Of a DNA stretch of 14,974 bases, positions 7,955 through 14,974 are shown piece after piece (within the stretch, counting starts at the first letter, position 1; every line of letters starts with the position of its first letter). This DNA comes from Thermovirgaceae bacterium (GTDB lineage: Bacteria; Synergistota; Synergistia; Synergistales; Thermovirgaceae). Location of the stretch: positions 1-14,974 of the forward strand of contig JBKHBH010000046.1 of assembly GCA_046542505.1 (NCBI GenBank). The letters are read 5' to 3'. The notes under the pieces are model-generated. The model did no database searches. It saw only the letters and a program-made list of their open reading frames with translations, and was not told the origin of the DNA. The translations under genes and the position numbers were made by a program.

Positions 7955-9556
7955 TCACCACGACCGGACGGTTCTCCCGATGATTCCGCCCACGTGCTCG
8001 TTCCGTTCCACCAGGACCTTCCCGTTCTTGATAACCCATTCGATCCCCTCGGGTTTCTGGAAAGGGTCATCAAAGGTCGCCCCGTCTTCAATGCGTTCCG
8101 GGTCGAAAACCACCAGGTCCGCCAAAAGCCCTTCCTTGACGAGGCCCCTGTCATGCAAACCGAAACGCTGCGCCGTAAAGCCCGTCATCTTCCAGACCGC
8201 AGTTTCCAGGTCAAGGAGCTTCTTTTCCCTGACATACCTCCCCAAGACCCTGGGAAAGGTTCCCAGGCACCTGGGATGAGGCTTGCCCTGCAGCCTCGGC
8301 TCGTCATAATTGCAGGGGAATCCGTCGGAACCGATCATGCCCAAAGGGTGGGTGATGATCCTCTCGTGGTCTGCTTCAGACTGCGACCAGACAACCACCG
8401 AAGCTTCGGCCTTCTCGGCGAGGATGATGTCAAACAGGGCCTCGGAGCAGGTGGTGCCTCTTTCTTCTGCGATCCGGCTGATGCTTTTGCCCTCAACGGA
8501 GCGGTCGGCCTTGGTGGAACTGACGATGATGCCGTCCCAGCCCGCTGATCCTGCAAAATTCTCCCAACCCGGGACTCCGTGTTCCTGATCGCCGGCGATC
8601 CGTTTTCGCAGGTCACGGCTTCGAAGCCGTTCGAGCATGGCATCGACCCCGCCGACGGTGGCCCAGGTGGGTATGAGCGTCGTGATCTGGGTGAATCCTG
8701 CCGTGTAGGGATAGACATCGAAGGTGATATCGATCCCCTCTTTTCTGGCAGCTTCTATCCTTCCCAGGGTTTCCTTCGACTGGCCGTCATAAGGATGGGT
8801 AATCTTGTGATGGGAAACATGCACCTTGCAGCCTGACTCTCTTCCGATCCGGATCGCCTCTTCGATGGCGGAAAGATGCTCCGCTCCCTCGCTCCTCATG
8901 TGCGTTGCATAGATGCCGCCGAATTGGGCCACGACCTTGCAAAGCTCGACCAGTTCGGGCATCTTCGTGAAGCTTCCCGGAGGATAGATAAGCCCTGTGG
9001 AGAGTCCGAGAGCGCCCTCCGACATTGATTCCGCCACCAGTTGCTTCATTTCTTCGAGCTGGGAATTCGAGGGATCCGAGTCACTCATGCCCATGGCGGC
9101 CATGCGGATTGTTCCCTGTCCTATCAGCACCCCGATATCGGTGACATACCCCTGCCTGTCGATGATGTCGAGCCAGTCACCGAGAGAGGTCCAGTCCCAT
9201 CCAAGCCTGACGCCTTCAGGGGTGTAGGCCGCGAGGTACCGCTCCAGGAAAGGTCTGGTCCCGGGTTTGACTGGTGCATTCGACTTTCCGCAGTTTCCGG
9301 TGACCTGGGTGGTGACCCCCTGGAAAATCTGGTTCTGAGGGTTGACTTCCGTCGCAATGATGTCGGCGTGACTGTGTGGGTCGATAAAACCTGGGCACAG
9401 GACCCTGTCTTCCATGTCGAGTACTTTTGCGGCATCATTTCCGGCATATTTCCCGATTCCAGCGATCCTGCCCCCGTCAATAGCCACATCTCCCCGAAAC
9501 CAGGGACCTCCTGTGCCGTCAATGATTTTTGCGTTTTTCAGAATCATGTCATGCAT
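7955..9556 (-). CDS. N-acyl-D-amino-acid deacylase family amidohydrolase (D-aminoacylase)
   Basis: Motifs IIDGTG, PGFIDPHSH, GNCG, GLSTGLIYPPG, THMRSE, SHHK, DVYPY, GSDG, HPR..GTFPR. Start at 9556 (MHDMILKN) is preferred because RBS GAGGAG abuts ATG 9568. The start is somewhat uncertain. Confidence 0.9.
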   Translation of the reverse strand: MHDMILKNAKIIDGTGGPWFRGDVAIDGGRIAGIGKYAGNDAAKVLDMEDRVLCPGFIDPHSHADIIATEVNPQNQIFQGVTTQVTGNCGKSNAPVKPGTRPFLERYLAAYTPEGVRLGWDWTSLGDWLDIIDRQGYVTDIGVLIGQGTIRMAAMGMSDSDPSNSQLEEMKQLVAESMSEGALGLSTGLIYPPGSFTKMPELVELCKVVAQFGGIYATHMRSEGAEHLSAIEEAIRIGRESGCKVHVSHHKITHPYDGQSKETLGRIEAARKEGIDITFDVYPYTAGFTQITTLIPTWATVGGVDAMLERLRSRDLRKRIAGDQEHGVPGWENFAGSAGWDGIIVSSTKADRSVEGKSISRIAEERGTTCSEALFDIILAEKAEASVVVWSQSEADHERIITHPLGMIGSDGFPCNYDEPRLQGKPHPRCLGTFPRVLGRYVREKKLLDLETAVWKMTGFTAQRFGLHDRGLVKEGLLADLVVFDPERIEDGATFDDPFQKPEGIEWVIKNGKVLVERNEHVGGIIGRTVRSW

Positions 9557-9705
9557 TTCGTCAACCATCTCCTCTGCGACCAGGGATCCCGGACCCCTTT
9601 CATGGGTGTTTTTCCAGGCCCCTCAAAAAGACAAGGCATTACAGGCACGGGAGAAGAGAAATGGCCTTCCCCCCGGTTTTCCCGCTTTATTGTTGCTGAA
9701 TTTTT

Positions 9706-11016
9706 TCAATTCATCAGCAGATTCGGAAGCCAAAGCGTAATAAAAGGGAAGGAGATGAGCAAAACCACCACAATGATGTCTACCAGGACAAAGGGCCAAA
9801 TTCCCCTGAACACTTCGTCGATGGACGTGTCCTTCCCCGCAACAGCCTTCATGGTGTAGACATTTAGCCCCAGAGGCGGCGTCACGCAGGCGATCTCCGC
9901 CAGCTTCTGGGTGATGATCCCGAACCAGATCGGGTCATATCCAAGGGAAACAATCAGCGGGAAAACCAGCGGAAGGGTCAGTGCCTTGATCCCTGTGGGT
10001 TCCATGATCATGCCGAGGAAGAACCAGATGACCAGGATTCCCGCCAGAATGAAGTGCCTGTGCACCTGAAGCCCCTGCACGTACATGGTGAGCCTGTCCG
10101 CAATCTGTCCAAGGGCGACGAATCTCGAGAAAAACATCGCGCCCACAATGATGAGAAACACCATGGCCGCCGTCTGGGCCGTATCCTTCACGGAATCTTT
10201 CACGATGGAGAATTTGTTGATGCTCCCCTGCAGCACCCCGATGATCAACGTAGCCAGGGCGCCGACGGCGGCCGCCTCGGTAGGCGTGAAAAGGCCGCTG
10301 TATATGCCTCCCAGAATGATGAAAATCAAAAGGAAGATGGACCACATGTCCCTGACGGCCGCCAGCTTTTCCTGAATGGAGTAGTCTTCACCGTTCCATT
10401 TGGGAGCAAGTTTCGGGTTCATTTTGACCCTGATATAAATGGACAAGGCATAGGCCAGGGCCGTAATGATCCCCGGCACTATCCCCGCAAGGAATATCCT
10501 CGCGATGGATTGGTCCGTGAACATGGCGTAGACGATAAGGCCCGAGCTCGGCGGGATCATCGAGGCAAAGGTCCCCGACGAGGCGATCACGCCGAGGGAA
10601 AGCTTCTTGTCGTACTTGAACTTGTTCATCTCCGGCAGGGCGATTTTGCCGAAAACAGCCGTCGTCGCGAGGGCCGACCCGCAGATGGCCCCGAAAAAAC
10701 CGCAGGCAAAACAGGTGGCTATGGCCAGGGCGCCCGGAACCCGGATCGTCAGCTTGTAAAGGCTCTGATAGGCCTTTTTCGCAAACCCCCCCTGGGCCGC
10801 AAAGGCGCCCATGAGGATGAACAGGGGCAAAGCCGCAAAGGCAGGGGAATTGATGGCCGTATACATCGTCCGCCCTATCAGGCCTACCGCCGGCGTGAAA
10901 CCAAGGAAAGAATAGATCCCGACAAAGCCCGTCAGGAAAAAGGCGAGGGCAATCGGCATCCCCGCCAGCACCAGAATGAGAAAGGCTACCAAGACCAAAA
11001 GCGTTGTAAGATCCAT
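9706..11016 (-). CDS. dctM: TRAP transporter large permease (DctM family)
   Basis: Highly hydrophobic, about 436 aa, with motifs ALPLFILMG, MIPPS, GIVPG, GLFTPTEAAA, DPIWFGI, TPPLGLN. ATG at 11016 with RBS AGGAG 8 nt upstream. Confidence 0.93.
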   Translation of the reverse strand: MDLTTLLVLVAFLILVLAGMPIALAFFLTGFVGIYSFLGFTPAVGLIGRTMYTAINSPAFAALPLFILMGAFAAQGGFAKKAYQSLYKLTIRVPGALAIATCFACGFFGAICGSALATTAVFGKIALPEMNKFKYDKKLSLGVIASSGTFASMIPPSSGLIVYAMFTDQSIARIFLAGIVPGIITALAYALSIYIRVKMNPKLAPKWNGEDYSIQEKLAAVRDMWSIFLLIFIILGGIYSGLFTPTEAAAVGALATLIIGVLQGSINKFSIVKDSVKDTAQTAAMVFLIIVGAMFFSRFVALGQIADRLTMYVQGLQVHRHFILAGILVIWFFLGMIMEPTGIKALTLPLVFPLIVSLGYDPIWFGIITQKLAEIACVTPPLGLNVYTMKAVAGKDTSIDEVFRGIWPFVLVDIIVVVLLISFPFITLWLPNLLMN

Positions 11017-11061
11017 GGCGTTCACTCCTGCATCATGTTTTTTGCACGCCCGCCGGCAAGT

Positions 11062-11565
11062 TCAGCTTGACGAGACGCGCGATCTTCGGTATTGCAGGAA
11101 CCTGCTGATCTCGAGCTTGAGGTTGACCACGCTCTGCAAGAAAAACGCGACAAAACCCAGGAACATGACGAAAATAACGGGGTATATCTTGATCGGCCTC
11201 GGTCCCGGAATTGCTTGCCCGGAGTTGTACGTCTTCAGGGCGTATTCCCCGACACCGTACAGGAGGACGGCCAGGATGAATAAAGACAAAAGATACACGG
11301 TTATGGACAGCAGGCTTCTCGCTTTCGGCGGAAGGCGCATTGACAGGGCATCGACGCTGACATGCCCCTTTGTTTCCTCGCAATAGGAAATTCCGAGATA
11401 GACCGTCAGCAGCATCGAGAAAATCGCCAGCTCGCTCGCACCTGTTACGGGTTTGGAAATGAGCCGGCCTACGATGTCAATAACGATGAAAACCATGATA
11501 AATCCCAGACAAATGCCGCTTGCTTGGGTCATGACATGATTGATCCAGTGTGTGACACGTTCCAT
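11062..11565 (-). CDS. dctQ: TRAP transporter small permease (DctQ family)
   Basis: 167 aa, four hydrophobic segments, DIVGR and GHVSVD motifs, located between dctP and dctM, RBS AGGGAGG. Confidence 0.88.
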   Translation of the reverse strand: MERVTHWINHVMTQASGICLGFIMVFIVIDIVGRLISKPVTGASELAIFSMLLTVYLGISYCEETKGHVSVDALSMRLPPKARSLLSITVYLLSLFILAVLLYGVGEYALKTYNSGQAIPGPRPIKIYPVIFVMFLGFVAFFLQSVVNLKLEISRFLQYRRSRVSSS

Positions 11566-11597
11566 TCCCGTCGCCTCCCTGTTGCTTTTGGAAATGG

Positions 11598-11639
11598 AGC
11601 ACCCGCCCCCGGGCAGTTTTTGTCTTGAGGGCGGGTGCT
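11598..11639 (-). other. Intercistronic stem-loop between dctP and dctQ
   Basis: 11-bp perfect inverted repeat AGCACCCGCCC / GGGCGGGTGCT. No strong U tract immediately follows on the minus strand. Confidence 0.7.
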
Positions 11640-11662
11640 ATGTTGCCTTGGCTGAATTCTCC

Positions 11663-12721
11663 CTAGTCCTTTTCCCTGGCGAGAGCTTCCTCTATGGTCG
11701 CCTTGACCTTGTCGAAAATCGCCCTTGCATCTTTGACGCCTTCCTTTTCCCTTTCCGCTATCCAGACTTCCTGAATCTCGGCCATGGCGGGCAGGTTGAC
11801 AAATTCTTCGATTTCTTCCATGGTCGCCTGGTTTACCGTATAGCCCATTTCGACCATTTCATCCACCACATCCTGCCACTTCTTCTCGAACTCCTTGCCA
11901 TAGCGCTCGCTGACCACATCCATGGCGGCCATGATCTGCTCCCTGGTTTCCGGGGAGAAGCTGTCCCAGCGGTCCTTGTTGATGGTAATCATGAATTTCG
12001 TCCCCGACCAGAGCTGGGGCAAAAGGAAAACATGCTGGCCCACTTCGTCGAGCTTGGCGGCATGAACCGAGTCATGATTGGTGTAGACTGCATCAACGGT
12101 GCCCGTCTCGAGGGCCATGTAACAGTCGCTCCAGGGGACGGATACGGGTATGGCGCCGGCAGCTTCAAGCTGGCTCAGGGCCCACCTGTTTGCCGCACGC
12201 ATTTTCTTGCCCTTGAAATCCGCGATGGAGGCTATCGGTTTCGTGGAAGCCACCGTTTTCGGCATGACTGAGAATGCCAGAAGAGGGACCTGGTCGTTGT
12301 TCAGCAATTCCTGCTTGAGTTCCGGGACTCTGTCAAAAATGACCTTATAGAGCCAGGCCAGCGATTCGTAGCTCGAGGGACCCTGGGGGAAGACAGCGTA
12401 CACGCCGTTCATGGGGAGCTTGTTCGGATAATAGTTCGGGTTGATGATGCCCATGTCTATGACACCGTCCTGGACGCCTTCAAGGGATTCCGGGCCCTTC
12501 AGCAAGGAGGTCCCCCAGAATATCTTGACCGTTACATCCCCGTCTGTGTGCTTTTCGATCTCTTCCTTGATCGCCGTTCCGATAAATCCGCTGAGACTCG
12601 ACGGCGTGTCATAATCCACAAAAGTCAGCTCCGTGGCCTGAGCCGTAGAGATACCCCCCAGGCATGAAAAGACAAACAACAGGCCTGCCGCAAAAAACAC
12701 CATCCGTAGCATTTTTCTCAC
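11663..12721 (-). CDS. dctP: TRAP transporter substrate-binding protein (DctP family)
   Basis: Signal peptide ending AQA, motifs GVQDGVIDM, DFKGKKMR, YMALETGTVD, INKDRWDSFSPE. GTG start (alternative ATG at 12712). Confidence 0.92.
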   Translation of the reverse strand: MRKMLRMVFFAAGLLFVFSCLGGISTAQATELTFVDYDTPSSLSGFIGTAIKEEIEKHTDGDVTVKIFWGTSLLKGPESLEGVQDGVIDMGIINPNYYPNKLPMNGVYAVFPQGPSSYESLAWLYKVIFDRVPELKQELLNNDQVPLLAFSVMPKTVASTKPIASIADFKGKKMRAANRWALSQLEAAGAIPVSVPWSDCYMALETGTVDAVYTNHDSVHAAKLDEVGQHVFLLPQLWSGTKFMITINKDRWDSFSPETREQIMAAMDVVSERYGKEFEKKWQDVVDEMVEMGYTVNQATMEEIEEFVNLPAMAEIQEVWIAEREKEGVKDARAIFDKVKATIEEALAREKD

Positions 12722-12974
12722 TTTCCCTCACCCTTTCCCGTCGTTGAAGTGGTTCGACTTGATATTCCGTCCCGCCGGAGACTACACCCGCAATTGTGGA
12801 ATTGCCTTGAACCGTTCCGTTTAAATCCTGGAGCTTTTTTCACCTTGCTGGTCCATGGGAGTGAAGAAGGTAACACCGGCAAGCTGTACCGGTAATGACG
12901 CGGATTTTTGAGGCATGTGCCCTGTGGGGGCTGCCTTGATGCGTAACGAAAGGATTTTCGATTTAATTTTCCAG

Positions 12975-13003
12975 ATTCTATACCGGATTATTTTTTGTGT
13001 CAA
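12975..13003 (-). promoter_or_regulatory. Sigma70 promoter of the TRAP/hydrolase operon
   Basis: Minus strand reads TTGACA-17 bp-TAGAAT, near-perfect consensus. Confidence 0.8.
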
Positions 13004-13006
13004 TAC

Positions 13007-13023
13007 GTTTTGTAATACAAAAC
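13007..13023. promoter_or_regulatory. Perfect palindrome, candidate IclR operator
   Basis: GTTTTGTA-A-TACAAAAC, 3 bp upstream of the -35 of the dctP promoter in the divergent intergenic region. Confidence 0.7.
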
Positions 13024-13133
13024 TATGTGAGCACCTCTGTGTTCCGCAATGCCCTTTCATCGGACCACCGTGATGGAAATCCGGGTTTTCTGCTCCCTTT
13101 TCAGTCTTCCCCCAGATCCAGTCTTCCATCAGC

Positions 13134-13168
13134 TTCAACAAGGATGATTATGTTCTATAATGCGATAT
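13134..13168 (+). promoter_or_regulatory. Possible iclR promoter with overlapping operator-like site
   Basis: TATAAT at 13156-13161 lies inside GTTCTATAATGCGATAT (13152-13168). Only a weak -35 (TTCAAC at 13134) is present. Confidence 0.4.
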
Positions 13169-13334
13169 GTAGTTTTTCATGAACAAAACGATTGCTCCGC
13201 CATGTCTCGATTGCACCATTGCGTGAAGGTTCTTCATCGTGCAGATATTGTAGATGCATCCCGAAAAATTCCTTGTCGCGATTTGCGGCAACGCCACTTT
13301 AGTTTTTGAAACGTGAACGATAGGGGGTGAAACA

Positions 13335-14084
13335 GTGTCTTCAGTTGACAAAGCGCTTGAAATCGTAACGAGGCTGAGCAAACCGCCTTATAAAATGCGC
13401 CTGACGGAAATCGCGGGGTTTCTCGGGATGAGCAAGAGCGCGGCTTACCAGATTCTGAAAAGCCTCGAAAACTACCAGTTCGTCGTCAGGGATCCCATGA
13501 CGAAAGTTTACAACCTCGGCCCCGTTTTGCTCAGGCTCGGCTATGTGTATGACCAGATCAAGGGCTTGCGGCATTTGTGCCTGCCGGTGATGAAAGAAGT
13601 GGTCAATCAAACGGGGCTCACCTGCTATGTTTCTGTCCGTGAAGGCATACAGAGCTTTCTGGCATACAAGGTGGATTCTCCTGATTTCAACTCCATCTTC
13701 TACCGGGACATAATGGGAAGTCTCCAAAGCTTCAATTGCGGCGCCACGGGAAAACTGCTCGCTGCCCACCTCCCTGCCGAGGACATCGCCAAATTGCTCG
13801 AAAAAGGGCTCGAGAAACGTACTTCCCGGTCCATAACGGACAAGGATGAACTGCTGTCTGAATATGAGAAGATCCGCAAACGAGGATATGCAACCGCCGT
13901 GAGGGAATTGAACGAAAACACCTGGGGAATCGGCGTCCCGATTCTCGGTGCCTACAAAGAAGCAGTGGCCGCACTGGGCATCATGGGCCCCATCGACACC
14001 TATTCCGAAGATCAGGTCAATCGGTTTTTTCTCATACTGAAAGACCACGCGAAAATCATTTCTGAGCAGTTGAGGTTCAAGTAG
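13335..14084 (+). CDS. IclR family transcriptional regulator
   Basis: N-terminal SSVDKALEI and HTH (LTEIAGFLGMSKSAAYQIL), YNLG, GATGKLLAAH, IRKRGYA, GIGVPI. GTG start with RBS GGGGGTG. Confidence 0.93.
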   Translation: MSSVDKALEIVTRLSKPPYKMRLTEIAGFLGMSKSAAYQILKSLENYQFVVRDPMTKVYNLGPVLLRLGYVYDQIKGLRHLCLPVMKEVVNQTGLTCYVSVREGIQSFLAYKVDSPDFNSIFYRDIMGSLQSFNCGATGKLLAAHLPAEDIAKLLEKGLEKRTSRSITDKDELLSEYEKIRKRGYATAVRELNENTWGIGVPILGAYKEAVAALGIMGPIDTYSEDQVNRFFLILKDHAKIISEQLRFK

Positions 14085-14116
14085 ATATCCACCGATAGGG
14101 GAATACAGCAGATTCC

Positions 14117-14156
14117 GCCAGGAAGGGGCGCCGGTCGGGCGGCCCTTCCTGGCTTT
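14117..14156. terminator. Terminator hairpin between convergent iclR and aldolase genes
   Basis: GCCAGGAAGGG ... CCCTTCCTGGC 11-bp stem plus inner CGCC/GGCG, followed by TTT on the plus strand. Confidence 0.75.
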
Positions 14157-14195
14157 ACGTATATTTACTGCGGGCAGGCTTTTTCCAGATCTTCT

Positions 14196-14969
14196 TCAGC
14201 TTGTTTCCAGGGCTTTTCGGATCCGGCCCAGCTGGTCCCTGCAGGCCAGGCCGAAAATGAGGCTGTCCAGGCTGTAGGCGATGTAGCGGAAACCTTCCTC
14301 GATGCGCTGCAGGGCTTCCTCGACGGATGTGACGAAAACGCCGGCGGGTTTTCCCGCTCTCGTCGTTATGGAAAGCGCCTTCGCCACGGCCTCTTTCATA
14401 TCGGGATGCATGATCTGTCCCGGGATTCCCAGCGACTGGGAGAGATCATAGGGGCCCACGAAGATCATGTCGATCCCCTCGACGGGGGCGATCTCCTCAA
14501 GTCGTGCGAGTCCGGCGACGTTCTCGCAATGGACGATGACCATGTTGTCCCGGTTCGATTCCTCCAGTGCCTCCCCCAGCGGTCTGAGGCCGTAGCCCAA
14601 GGCCCTCGGTACCGCGACGCCGCGCGTTCCCTCGGGATGGTATCGCGCAGCCTTTGCCACCATCTCAGCCGTTTGCCGGTCATTTACCTGGGGCACATGA
14701 ATCGCCTTGGCACCCACGTCCAGAATACGGAGAATGTCCGTCGGTTTCGCCTCGGTGACGCGGACAACGGGCGCCATGCCCGAAAGTTCCGCCGCCCGGA
14801 TCATGTGCTGGATCGATTCGGGATTCATGGGCCCGTGCTCCGTGTCGATCACGCAGAAATCAAAGCCCGTCATCCCCATCATCTCCACCAGGTCAGGGCA
14901 ATTGAGCCCCACGAAGGGACCGATCACGACCTCGCCCTGGGCAAGCTTTTCCTTCATCCTGTTCGTCAT
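14196..14969 (-). CDS. HpcH/HpaI family class II pyruvate aldolase (2-keto-3-deoxy acid aldolase-like)
   Basis: Motifs GFDFCVIDTEHGP, VVRV, LDVGA, VPQV, YHPEGTRG, FVGPYDLS, typical NRMKEKL N-terminus. The RBS lies outside the window. Confidence 0.9.
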   Translation of the reverse strand: MTNRMKEKLAQGEVVIGPFVGLNCPDLVEMMGMTGFDFCVIDTEHGPMNPESIQHMIRAAELSGMAPVVRVTEAKPTDILRILDVGAKAIHVPQVNDRQTAEMVAKAARYHPEGTRGVAVPRALGYGLRPLGEALEESNRDNMVIVHCENVAGLARLEEIAPVEGIDMIFVGPYDLSQSLGIPGQIMHPDMKEAVAKALSITTRAGKPAGVFVTSVEEALQRIEEGFRYIAYSLDSLIFGLACRDQLGRIRKALETS

Positions 14970-14974
14970 AAATA

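Noticed and set aside
9649..9673. Short hairpin between dctM and the deacylase gene as a terminator
   Set aside because: Imperfect 8-bp stem with no adjacent U tract on the minus strand.
10054..11070. 338-aa plus-strand ORF and other short overlapping ORFs in the operon
   Set aside because: Antisense or alternate-frame shadows of well-supported genes.
12821..13381. Small ORFs (106, 61 and 77 aa) in the dctP-iclR intergenic region
   Set aside because: They overlap promoter and operator elements, and show no clear RBS or protein-like motifs.

Overview
GC-rich bacterial chromosomal window from an anaerobe, possibly Synergistota (a weak inference from gene content and GGGGGTG-type RBSs). The left half holds housekeeping genes: a stand-alone panB, fhs, a glutaminase, and a compact B12-dependent class II ribonucleotide reductase preceded by two tandem NrdR boxes. 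The right half is an uncharacterised catabolic module: a minus-strand operon dctP-dctQ-dctM (TRAP transporter), N-acyl-D-amino-acid deacylase and MlrC/M81 metallopeptidase. It is divergent from an IclR regulator, which is followed by a convergent HpcH/HpaI aldolase. Non-coding features include a near-consensus sigma70 promoter with an adjacent perfect 17-bp palindrome, a related operator-like motif recurring at the iclR and panB promoters, long leaders before panB and dctP, and three terminator hairpins. No CRISPR, tRNA/rRNA or mobile element was seen.
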